From Camelus dromedarius (Eukaryota), in NCBI RefSeq assembly GCF_036321535.1, contig NC_087436.1, positions 100,318,001 to 100,382,000 on the forward strand: 64,000 bases of DNA, written 5' to 3'. This document shows, in pieces, positions 1-12,249 of this stretch (its first letter is position 1; every line of letters begins with the position of its first letter). Under the pieces are notes generated by a model. It saw nothing but the letters and a program-made list of their open reading frames with translations. It was not told the origin of the DNA and did not search any database. Both the position numbers and the translations under genes were made by a program.

Positions 1-119
1 CGAGTTTATGACTCCACAGTTCAGTGAAAACTGGAGTCATTCTTTCTATCTTTCAATAATTTCTTCATTTATTCAGCAAATTTTGATTTTTCGTCTATTT
101 TGTACTAAACATTTGCATT

Positions 120-552
120 TGTTTTTTTCCTAACTGTAATAAAGTGTCACAAAATAAGTGGCTTAAAACCACGTGAACTTATTCTATCACAGATGTAGAA
201 GCTAAAATTCCAAAATCAAAGTGATGGAGGAGCCCTGCGCCCTCTGAAACCTCTAGGAATGTTTCTCCTTGCCTTTTCCTAGTTTCTGGTGGTCTGCCTG
301 CAGTATTTGGTGCTCTTGGCTGGCGGCCACCATACTTCAAGCCCTGCTTCTGTCAACACATGGTGGTGGTGTTCTCCCTTCTTGTGTCTCTCTCTTCTCC
401 TCTTCTTATAAGGACACCGATCATATTGGTTAAAAATCCACCTTAATTCAGTATGACCTCATCTTAGTTTGATAACATCACAAAGACCATATTTCCAAAT
501 AAGGGCACACTTACCAGTACTGCGGATTAGAATTTCAATATATCTTTTTAGA
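120..552 (-). mobile_element. MaLR LTR (MLT1B/C-like)
   Basis: Typical antisense MLT1 text: 'aagtggcttaaaac...tcacag', 'tcttcttataaggacacc..tcatattgg', 'atttccaaataagg.cac', 'gaatttcaatatatctttt'. Confidence 0.8.
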
Positions 553-554
553 AA

Positions 555-849
555 GCTCTTGGGTCGTAATGACTGACTCAGGGGGAGACAGGCAAACTTT
601 CTCCCCTACTATTGAGTCAACCCTAAGGTGTAAGGCAGAGGGTCTCCAGTGCTCTTCTCCACATGGGATTGAACCCAAACGACCCCTTGTGGGACACTGC
701 TTAATAGTCTATTTACTTGGTGTCTTTTGCTTTCCTGCCCCATTTCTTCACTCCTCTTTCAGATTTTTCCTGGAAACATTTTTCTAACAAGTCAGTCCTT
801 ACTTGGTTTCTCGTCTTAAATCTTGCTTCAGGAGAACCCAACCAAAGAC
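555..849 (+). mobile_element. ERVL LTR fragment (LTR16-like 3' end)
   Basis: Ends '...tcttgcttcaggagaacccaaccaaagac', resembling the LTR16 terminus; pyrimidine-rich stretch before it. Confidence 0.55.
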
Positions 850-1993
850 GGTAAGAATGCCTATATATACAAGGCAAGGGTGACAAAGAGGACAGAAAGG
901 AGGTACTTTTGATTGATTTACTTCTCTTGTATTACAGCTGCCAGGTTTTCCTTTGTTTCCTTCAGTTCACATACTAGTAAAACAATCATAGTGAGTGTAT
1001 CAACCACTCAAATTTGACTGTGAGCCCACTGAGCCATTTTTCAAATGAAAAGCATTAATCATATTATCAGAGGACTCATTGTGGGTGGGAAGGACCTAAC
1101 AGCTAATATGTGTTAAATTAGAGTTAATTTGTTTTTTTTTTTAATCTAAAGACTGATCAATGTTAAAAAAAATCATGACTTAAAATTTTAAATAATAAGC
1201 ATATATTATCACATATAAAGTCATGCTAATAATTTCATAATATCAAGAGAAATGATGATTCTGTATTTCAACCAGTATATCTGTGAAAGCCATGGAAGAC
1301 AGCCACCTCTGTCTTCTTTCAGAAAGAACTTGCTGAGAACCATGTAGTTACCCAGCAGTGTCAGTCTGGAGCATTCATGCCAAGTCTATGCATTCAAGAT
1401 GTTCACTGACACAGCATGGCCAGGGTACCAGATTCCAGGTCATTGTCACCCAACTAGGGTACAAGCTCCTGTAATGGGCAGTCTTTGCCCTGAGATCCTC
1501 CATTGACCTGGCTGAGAAATTCTCATAAATGAACCGCAGTCTGAGGTCCCTCGTACTAAATCTTCTTTTATTCCGCCACTCTGTCGATAGGTTGACTACC
1601 TGCATTGTATACTAAAGGATTTCCCTGCCTGCCCCAGTACCTCTTCCCCTTTACCAGTCACAGATGTTCCCCCTTCAAAGTTTTTGCACTTTTAATTCTT
1701 TCCTGTATCACTCAAACTGACAGAATCTTTATATCCAATTTAACTACAGTTAACTTTACTGATAGGTCAAGTTCTACACACAATCAATTTCCTCCCTTCT
1801 AAATCAAAAAAGTTAATGTTCAGTTAAATATTGGCAGAAAGTATTTGGTGGTTTTGAATAATTTCATATATTCAGAGGAAATGGATCCACAAGTTTTGGT
1901 GATAATTTACACTAAGGTGTTCTTTATCTAGTCTGGCTAATGCTAAATCAATAAGCAAGTCATAACCAAAAGTGAGAAAAGTGATCCTTTCAC

Positions 1994-2132
1994 CTGGGGA
2001 GCACTGATGATTGGACACATCCGAATGCAGTCTTTGGCTGCATTTGACTTGTGGAAGTATTTCTTCCTGTCCCGCTGAAGAATATGGACAGGGTTTTTAA
2101 TATGATGTGTAACATGTCTTTGGTTTCTTTGT
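1994..2132 (-). other. Candidate internal exon (139 bp), gene unidentified
   Basis: Minus strand: acceptor 'ttttgttttcctcatttttag|ACAAAG', donor 'CCCCAG|gtgaaa'; two frames open (QRNQRHVTHHIKNPVHILQRDRKKYF... and KETKDMLHIILKTLSIFF...); no recognisable repeat. Donor is weak and the peptide is not recognised. Confidence 0.25.
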
Positions 2133-3499
2133 CTAAAAATGAGGAAAACAAAATGTTGGGAAAGTGGCAGACTCCAAGCAATCAAGCTATTTGTGGCATA
2201 AACTTCTTTATTACCACGTTCCATCTTTGTAAGAAGTCTTATTCTGAACATTAAAATTCATGATAACTTGACTTCGCAGTAACAGATTCAGGTGATTCTA
2301 GAAAATGAATACATCACTCACAGGCACCACTTTTGCAAGTCATTTAAAAATCATAAAAAATTGTCTTTGCGGTATTATCAGTGTCACAGGAAATGATATC
2401 ATTTCATCTTTCATGTCATAACTCAGGGAACACCTTTACCCTTGTCAGATAACTTACTTCAATATATTCCCTTTAAATAAAGGGTTTTTTTAAAAAAATA
2501 TGTTTTAGAGTTTCTCTAACTCTAAATCCTGTCTGAATATATACAAAGTCATTGTTCCTCCTCAACAAATTTAAAAAGAGAGTGAATAATATCTGACCAG
2601 ACTTTTCCTCATGGGCTAGTATTCTCTTATATTTATCTTTTCCCACTTTACTTAAAATGTGTGGCTTTTCTACATACAGAAATCACCAAAGATTTTTTGA
2701 CATAGTTGAGTATATGAGGAAAAATATTTAAATATATAGCCTTAAAAAGCATGACAAATGTCCATTCCTTAGATTATTGAGAATAATTAAAATGTGCTCT
2801 TAGGTAAACATTTCTTGTCTCTATAATTAAACAATGGGTGAATATTTTAATAAATTTATAATAAGTAAAACACTGGAAATTATTTTTTCTGTGGTTCTAT
2901 CATGTTTGAATTATTTTCCTAGAGAGTTACATTTTTTTTTATTCTAAGCATTAGTTATTGCTGTGCTAGAAATAATCACAATTCAACATATGCTAGTGCC
3001 TCATCAGATACCAACATACCTAGGAAATCTACTGATTTTGAAGATTTAAGCATTTGTTTAAATTATTAAAATAAGGTAATGTTAATTAGGTTGAAGTATT
3101 TTGAAAGCAGTTTGTGAAATTTATTTAAATTTAAAATATACATGTAGTTTATTCTTTTTCTCTCTCTCTCTTCCTCTATCTACTTATAATCATATTTATG
3201 ACTCAAAATATTAAACTACAATTTCCTTAATTCTAATAAAGGTTTAAAGTATCTCTTTTCAGTATGGACAGTATTTCTCAACAACCTTATAAATATTGCT
3301 TTTGGTCCTGCAATATACTTCCTTAAATTCCTTCACATTTTAATGAATAAATTCATAAATATCTTAGTGTTACGATTATCTTTCTTATCAAAGAGTTTAG
3401 ATTGTTTATTACTATGGTTATCAAAAGAGAAAAGACATAGTGGATGGAGCATGTAAACTAAAAATGGTACACAAAAGCAAGTTAAAATTATAATTATTT

Positions 3500-3700
3500 T
3501 GTTCACCTTAGTCAATAAAATTTTGTTGAGCACTTACTATTTATCCAGCCTTAGTTTAGGTGCAGAGGATACAGAGAAGAATGTGGCATATTTACAGGCT
3601 TCACAGTATTCACATGTTAAAAAAATTAACAGGACTGAAATGCTAAGTGAGAAAGGACAAATAAAAGTTTTAAAATATATTACAGGAGAATAGTAAAGAT
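3500..3700 (-). mobile_element. L2 3' fragment
   Basis: 'ttgttgagcacttactat...taggtgcagaggatacagagaaga' matches the antisense L2 3' end pattern. Confidence 0.55.
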
Positions 3701-4292
3701 AATGTATCTTCCCTTCTTTTTACATTCTCTCATCCTTTCTCCCTATACTTAGCTATAATTCTCAATATTTCATTATAAATATAATATTTTATTTGAGGAA
3801 TCAGTTAACAGTGCATGTATTCCTTTACTGAATTATCAAAATATTTTGATCATCATTGTCAACATAAATTTTTAGTACTTATCATGGCAAAGGTCCTGTT
3901 ATTTTACTTTGATCTTCAAAGCCCTTGTGAACTTATTTTAAAATACTTTTTTTAGTATGGCTTAGCAAGGAAATATTTAGGGTTTTGTCTAATTACTGAT
4001 ATTATGAGATTATTATATTTGCTCAAAAGTTGTCTTGATAATGTAAGAACATGATTCAAATAATTTCATATCATTTGGAGATTATAATCCCATCTCTAAG
4101 AATACTTCAGATTAATATCATCTAAACAACATATTCTCCAAAGTTAAGGGCTATATATTCAGTATTTAGATTATGATCTATAGAATAATGGATGCCAAGT
4201 GTTGGTTGAATGGTGGCATAGGCATTAATAAGTATGCTGTTGAACATTAGAGATAATCTCGATATTACTTTTTAATTCCTATCAATAAATTA

Positions 4293-4518
4293 CAGTTGAC
4301 TTTTGAACACCTTGGGAGTTAGGGCCACCAAAGCTCTATGCAGTGGAAAGGCTGTATAAATAATTTATAGTTTTCCCTCCATATATGAGGTTCCCCCGTA
4401 TCTGCAGTTCTGCATCCAACCAGTTGAGGATCTTGTACTACTGTGATAATGAATACTGAAAAAAAAAAAAAAAAATCCAGTGTAAATGGAACTACACATG
4501 TGGTTCTAGGGTCAACTG
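4293..4518. mobile_element. Tigger-family (TcMar) MITE, Tigger3-like
   Basis: Terminal inverted repeats cagttgac...gtcaactg, flanked by TA duplications at 4291-4292 and 4519-4520. Confidence 0.85.
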
Positions 4519-6279
4519 TATTACTACAATTTTTTTTCAAAAATCAACTTCTTATATACTTACTACACAAGAAGACAATAACATTTTCTTTAAATGAATT
4601 TCCTTGTTAGGAAAATCACTTTTCATTTGTAAGCCTAGCTTTCTCAAGCTTCAGTAGCTAATTCTAGTTGTCTGGAATGTGTTAAAGTAATATGTGAATT
4701 TTCATATTGTATCACCTTAGATTTGCTGAAGGCTTCCAACTATCACAAGCTTTACAAGGCAAAAGGAGAGAAAAAGAAAAAAAAAGAATGAGACTTCTTT
4801 CCCTTCCTTAGATGTGCTGAAATGCCAGAAATAGAGTTTTAAAAGTGGATGAGAGCTTAGATGGTATCTGGGTATAGCATCATTCTACAACACAAAGTAC
4901 TGAGATCTGCAGTGGTGACTAATTCAGTTTTTCAGAGTGTGCTCTGGATTGATCATGGGTTTAATCCAAGATCACCTTGCTAGATAGTGTCTATTCACAT
5001 TCGATTAATTCCCTTTCAATTTTGTCCTTCCACATTGAAAAGTTCTGGTAGTTTTGCTGCTTCTGCTAAAATAATTTCTCACTATCCTCAATCATCTAGA
5101 AAATTTAAATTACTTTTTTTCTAGATCTGCCTTGTGTATGTGTGTGTATTTACTAGATATATATATATCTTATTTTATATATATGTGTGTGTGTGTGTGT
5201 GTGTATTTATTTATTTATTAGATTACAGAGGTTATTTTGGATTTGGATGTGCTCTACAAAGAATCACTTAACTATTGCCCTCATTGATGATGCACTGAAG
5301 TTTAGACTTTCAGGGCATTCTTTTATTTTTTTCTGTCAAGAAGTAACTTTCTTTCCAAGCTTCATTTTGTGCCACTGGCAAAACAGCACAATGTAAATGG
5401 AAACTGAATGAAGAAATAAAAAATCAATAAAAAAAGAACAGACTACAATATGAACAAAAATCATTAACTAAAACATAGAAGTACATAAGCATAGAAAATC
5501 TTTCAGAGAAAAACAGTAAAGGAAAACAGAGGAATTGTATTTATTATATTTCATTAGGCTATCTAAAATTTTGTTGGACTTTCAAATGCATATGTATTTA
5601 TTTTTAATAATTAAAATTTAAAGAAGCAAGCAAAGTTTAAGGCAATTCCATCAGAAAGAGAAAATAAATGGTGTTATTTATTAATAATTTCTTTGTAACT
5701 ATATGCTTACAGTGCTAAATTCAAATTGTAGGTTTAATTTAGGGTCCCCAGATTTTTACTGTGCATTATATTAGCATGGGGTTAACAATGTTCTGTGTAT
5801 TTATTTATGACTTCTGGCAGGTTTCATTCTATTATTATGTACTATTATGTACTATTATTTGGGGTGTCTTGTTTTTTCTTTCCTTCATGTTTCTCTGCAG
5901 GAGGAGTCTCTATTATGGTGCCTCTCCTCACTTATTGTTCCAACAAATTCATAAAGTTGAGAGAAAAAAACGGGGCCTGTATGGTGGCTCAGCAATTTAC
6001 GGGATATCTTTTGATACCTACTTGTATACGTATATTATGTGTCATCATCTTCCATTTGTACGCAGTTAAAAAAAAAAAAAAGAAAAGCAGCCCCTTTCCT
6101 ACGGAGGCCTACAAATATGAGATAGTGCCTGAGTGGGCGAATTTGTCTAATTCATGTTTCCTGCAGGTCTAAGGCCTATTATTTAAAATACAGATAATTT
6201 TGATTTCCATTTGCCAGTCTCCTTTTTTATTTCTCAATTGGTTCCTAATTCTAGTATGGAAGATGACAAATGACTTATT

Positions 6280-7270
6280 AGGCTCTTAAAAAAATCTAGC
6301 AATCACAACATACTTATAAATTCTTTTTTTGAAATATTCAGTGTTGGAAACAATGTTTGACTACTGTAAATAAATCTGTGATAAAGTTTTGCAAATGAAT
6401 TTTTGTATATATAATAAATTATGTTAGATCAGAAGTCTAGAAGGGACATTATGTTAAGAAGCATAAACATTTGTATGATTCTTGATAAATTGTATAAAAT
6501 TTTTTAAAATTATAATTTAAACAGCATTTAAAAGACAGACTATTCAATACCCTTATCTCTGTTGATGTTTGCTATTTTTGAAAAGCTTGCAAAGTTGTTC
6601 AAATATGTAATTATTTTTAATCTACATTTTATTGATTAGTTCACCTAATCAGAAACTCCCAGCATTAAGATTTATGTTATTAAAGCATTTAGCAAATGTA
6701 TTGTGAAAATAATATGTATTATTTATATGTTCGTCTTCTAATTGCTAGTATTGTTTTCTTTGTGAAATGCCTGTTTGTTTCATTTTCACAGTTTTTCAAC
6801 CAGTGTTGACATTCATTTGATGTTTTCAAATACATAATTAACATTATTTACCTCTTAATTTTTCAAAATATTATGTCACTTTTATCTCTTTGAATGTTTT
6901 ATTTGCACATTTTTAAATGGTAGTAATATGTGCACAATTTTCTTCTAGAACACTTCTATGTCTTTTAAACATGATATATTTTCTCAAACTGATTTTTGAT
7001 AAATTATAGTTAAAATTTGAATCTGGTTGTTTCATGCTCTTAATTTTACATTCAGCTCTAACTTAACTGGTATATATTTTGAGTGATCATATGATAATTA
7101 GTTTCTTTTCAAAAATTATTAATAAACAATATATTTCCTACTTACATGATAGTCTTATTTAACATATATTCAACTCATATATTGTTAAGGCTATTTTCTT
7201 ATATTTTATCAATTGCCTACAGATGATTCAGTACTCTACCCTTTTAATTAAGGTTATTGTATATTGATTA
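6280..7270 (-). mobile_element. Highly decayed L1 (L1ME-like), antisense
   Basis: T-rich strand with degenerate antisense L1 phrases ('ttctttgtgaaatgcctgtttg', 'ttttacattcagctc'). Confidence 0.45.
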
Positions 7271-7856
7271 TGCTTTCCTATTTCATAGGAAATATTCATA
7301 CACAACAAATTCTAAAAATCTTTCTTGGATGTATGTCCACAGAATTTGGAAAAAACGGACACCTTTCTGTGGAGATATCTAATATATTTTCTAAGTGTTA
7401 GATATAAATAAGTATTAGATATTTTCTAAGCATTAAATCATACATATTATAATTGCATGTAATCATTACTTGTGTTTTGTTATTTATATATTTTTGTCAT
7501 CATATGCATTTAGATGATAAGAATTCTAATCAGTGTTAACTAAAAAATGATATCAGATGGCTTTAAAAGTAAATCTAAGTCTGTAATTATTTTATTGATT
7601 AAGCAAAAAAAGTACTCAGGAAATTGTTAAAATCCAAGTCAACATCCATCACAAGGGAAAAAAATCTTCCCAGACTTTCCCTACATAGATGAGAAAACAC
7701 TAAAAAAGATCAACGAAAGAGACAATGATACGCTCTTAAAAATATGAAGATATGATATAAGTCAAAATGAGAAACCACATTTTAGAATAAAAATCACCTT
7801 ATTATGTAAATGGCCTAAGCAATAAGCCATTGAGTGTATAAAATAAGAATTGGCAG

Positions 7857-7986
7857 GGGACAGAGTATAGCTCAAGTGATAAAGTGAATGCTTAGCATAC
7901 ATGAGGTCCTGAATTCAATCCTCACTACCGCCATTAAAAAATAAATAAACCTAATTACCTCTAATTTGTTTAGGGGGGGAAAAAAA
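7857..7986 (+). mobile_element. tRNA-derived camelid SINE (Vic-1-like)
   Basis: A-box 'tatagctcaagtg', B-box 'gaattcaatcc', tail 'aataaataaacctaattacctc' plus A-run; TSD aagaattggcag (7845-7856) / aggagttggcag (7987-7998). Confidence 0.9.
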
Positions 7987-8534
7987 AGGAGTTGGCAGCC
8001 CTAAAGACAAAATCTATTTGATTAAAAAAAAACTACCACATGAAGAACAAAATTATGCTTGAAGTATTTGAAATGAACAGAAAATATAGATATCAAATTA
8101 AACTAGCAGAATACATTGACATTATTTAAAAATTCTATAAAGACAGCAGTTACTTAAAGATTATTCAGACTTTAAATATTCTAGTCAGATTATAAAGACT
8201 CTAAAAAAAAAAGCCTTCTAGAATCTAAAGCAAGACAAATTAAAATGGTTAGAGAGAGAAAAACAGAAAGAGAGAGAGAAAGAGAATAAGCCACAAACAC
8301 AAATCCAGGAGACAGAATATATTTATAGTCAAATAATTAGAAGAATATTTGGGAGCAATTTATTAAAAATACTAAGAAACAAGTTGAAAATAATTTCTGG
8401 GATACCCAAGCCAACATATAAAATAAAATAAAATTTGAAAAAAACCAAAACCTGTGTATAACTAGATGAAAAAAAATCATATTTCAAAAGTCTTTCAACT
8501 TTCTTTCATTAAAATTAAATTTAAAAATTGAGAA

Positions 8535-10345
8535 AAACATTCTGCCTTCCAGTTTCACATGTAAGGAGCTTAGAAGTTGCCAATCCATCCTAACAACACA
8601 TAAGAAGTTGAACAGTAGAAAAATCAACACTTCTTGAATACTTATGATGAATACTTAAACAGGGCAAACTGCTGCCCCAAGATGAGGGGAAACAGTCAGA
8701 GGAAGACAGGGCAGAGGCACAAGTGGAAACTGCTGTGGGAACCGGTTCCAGGGGCAGGGAAACCTGTTCCGTAATTGATGAATTGCTGGAGGCTCTGTGA
8801 AGGCAACTCTGAGAGTTAAAAACTTCAGGGAGATCCAGTCACAGAACTAGAAGTACCACTGCAAATCTATTAAAATGAATAAAATTTTAAAAACTGACAA
8901 TACCAACTACTAGCAAGGATGCAGAGAAACAGGAACTCTCATTCATTGCTGATGGGGATAAAAAAGTATACAGTTCATTTTGGAATATAATTTGGTAGCT
9001 TTTTATAAACCAAAACATAGCCTTCCCATATAATCCCAAAATAGTTCTTCTAGGTATTTACCCAACTGATTTGAAATCTATGATCACACAAAACCCAGTA
9101 TATGAATGGAAGCAACTAAAACATCATCCAATAGGTGAATAGATAAAATAATTATTGTAGCTTTATATAATATAATATTTCTAGGAGCAAAAAGAAGTGA
9201 GCTACTGAAATATGAACAAACATGAATGGACCTTAAAAAGAATATTAGTCAATAAAAAAAATATGATTCAAATTATATGACATTTTGGAAAAGTCTAAAC
9301 TATAAATATAGTAACCAAATCAGTGGTTAGTTTTCAGGGGTGATGGGGACATAGATAAGGGGAAATAAGTGAAGTGCAGGGGATTTTTTATGTTGGTGAA
9401 ACTATTCTATGTAATATTGTAATGGCAAATACACAGCGTGACGTATTTGTCAAAACCCAAAGAACTTTATGGCACAAGAAGTGAACCTTAATGCATGTTA
9501 ATTTTTTAAATTTATTTTGGATTTGGGGGAATATAGGAAGAAATGCAGACTGTGACAAGAGACTCTAATGGTTTTACAAATGTATGCAGCAACTTTGTTG
9601 AAGCAGATGGAGTGAAATGTTGTGTTACACAGTTTTAGAAACGTTTAGAGTCTGTAATTCTAAAGACAAAAGGAGGTGCACATACGCACTGTATTCTAAT
9701 TGATAACCTTTTTTTTTCCCCATGGGAGTCAAGGTTAACAGTTCTAATATGGCTTTAAATGTGCACTGAAACGGCACAATTAAGTACGTGGAGTGGTTGA
9801 TGGTAGCCAAGTTTCTCACCGTTAGAAGGGAATTTATAGATAAGCAAGGAGAACGCTACAATAATCCATGTGGTAATGAATGAGAGTTGGAGTCATCATT
9901 GTAAAATCGTATTTAGTTTACTACAGGTACAGATGATTGCGCTGAAATCTATCTATCTATCTAGCCATCCATCTATCTCCACAGTTTAGTTTACACACAT
10001 ATCTTGCCTTGCTCTACCAGCTGAGCATCCCTTAAAGCAATGATGGCCCAGTAGCACTCAGATCTTGGTTTCTAGTAGCACTCTTCAATAAGAAGAGTTA
10101 GAATTCCTTAAAGATATGGATGATTCTAGGACTGGGTAAGCAATATACAAGATGAGCCTGGAGCATCTTGAAGTGTCAGAAAGCATAGAAGTGCTAGGAG
10201 GGGAGGAAGAGAGGAAGAAAGGAAGGAAAGAAGACAGACACCATATAGATGGAGGTATGTCAAAGGGACATAGAAGCCAAATGAAAGGATTCTCAATGGT
10301 TAAAACTGGAGAAAAATTGAAAAAGGAAATATTTAAAGTCGTATT
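8535..10345 (+). mobile_element. Old L1M (L1MC-like): 5' head joined to ORF2 end and 3' UTR
   Basis: ORF2-end motifs from ~8850 ('aaaactgacaatacc...gcaaggatgcagagaaacaggaactctcattcattgctgatggg'); L1MC-type 3' UTR ('gtgaaactattct', 'tttgtcaaaaccc', 'gatgagcctggagcatcttg'); 8535-8845 is homologous to 55116-55375. Confidence 0.8.
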
Positions 10346-10399
10346 GGATTATGAGCCAAATGTGAGTGCCATCTGCAAACAGCACACAGTACAAGTAGT

Positions 10400-10743
10400 T
10401 CACAGAAATTACCCTGAGTCATCGGGAGGTGCTTTGCAAACTTGCTTTGGAAGTTATGCCACTCCTGAAAAGGGATGCTTCTTGTCAGTGAGTGATATGA
10501 GCACCTAAAAGCCCCCACACCCCAAGTCAGAACATTCAACTGATGCCCTTTATGCCCCTAAGCTCTCCTTGGGATCAGGATGAAGCTAGATTTCAGCTTG
10601 GCCTCCTTATTTTGTTTACCTTAATCCCTACCTTATCCCTACTCTCACTTCTGTTCAGTTTTCACCTGAGTACATTCTTGCAATAACCACTTGCACAAGA
10701 ATCTCTATTTGGGGATCTACTTCAAAGGAATCAACTTAAGAGA
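10400..10743 (+). mobile_element. ERVL LTR fragment (LTR16-like)
   Basis: 3' terminus 'aataaccacttgcacaagaatctc...ctacttcaaaggaatcaacttaaga'. Confidence 0.6.
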
Positions 10744-12249
10744 AAGTGAGAGTGCCTTAAACTTTGCACCTGCCTCTCCTTTCTTTCAGTGATATGGTTT
10801 CATCCAACACCAGTCACATTTTTAGGATGAAGCCACCTGGCCTCCTCAAACTAAGATTTTCATAGCCTTTAATAAACAGAAATTTTAGAAATATTTGGTT
10901 TTCTCCACCTGGATGAAATTCAGAAAAAATAATTGAGTTAACAGGGTTATCTTATTAGGACAAAACTTGAATATATTTATTTAAATATGTAAATCTATAC
11001 CTATAGCTATGTGCATAGTCTCAATATAAGAGTAGATACATGCATACATATGTGTGACTATATATGTAAATATATTAATATATACATATTAATGTATAAA
11101 ATAAATAATACATATATATTAGTATAGTCGCAAATTAAAAGTGCAATTTAAATTTAATATGACATAGAATAAATGTTATTTATTATTTCTAGTATACCAT
11201 AAAAATTCACATTATTTAATATTAGCTTTATGATAGCTATAAAAGATTTCTGCAGTTTAGAGAAAATAAATTTCAAAATTTCCCTTTTTCCTTCAGTTCT
11301 CTTTAGAAATATGATTGTTTTTAAATAAGAAAGAAAACTTAGAGGCTTTGTCTCAATAATGCAGCAACATGCCAGACATGCAACGTTGCCTCCAGTATGG
11401 CAATATATTCCTTTGGAAGAGCATTTTGCTGTGGACCGAACATAGTTTAAATCCTGAGTACACAGGAGACAGCAGTTGGCATGTGCTCTTCAGTTTGACA
11501 ACTCAACTTCAGTTTTCTGCAGCCCAACACATCTTTATTAGTACATCAGCCCCTGTTATTGCTCAGAACAGAAGGAGCTGTGCTTAGGTATACATGAGAG
11601 GTAGTAGTTAAGTAGAGATTCCACTACATGTCAACTGTTAAAGTCACATAACATTTTGTGATTTCCTTCTCTCCTTTCCCCACTCCAGCCAAGTGGTCAT
11701 GCCAATATTAACTTGTTGAAATGATTATTTTGATTTAAGCAATAAAAAGATATTCTATAAGACTAAATATACACAAGGTACAGTGCTAGGTTCTACGTTT
11801 GCAGCAATGTGTAAGACATTATTTTTCATTAAAGATATGTGTATTCTTTAAAAATCCTCCTTGTTTACATCTTTATGGAGTTTACATCTTTGTGGAGTGA
11901 TTTTTTTTTTCTTTTTTTTTCCATTCATGTAGAGGATTTTATTTGACTTCTCTACTTTCATAAGCGATGTTCTCTGAACATTTGTTCTGTTGTTGAAAAA
12001 TCACACTACTCTCTCTTCAACCGGTGTATTGAAATTACAATCCAAATAGTTGTCAGATATTATAAACTTGGATTCATTGCCATCTTTTTAATCTCAATAT
12101 TTCAGTATAACCAGGCAGATAATTGCATTTTCATGGGCTGGAAATCATTATACATTCATTGTTTTGTCAAATAAATATTTGAATTCATCAGCATATTGTC
12201 ATAATCTATGGAAGCAGGACTTGGACTTGACAACTATTAATACAAGTTA

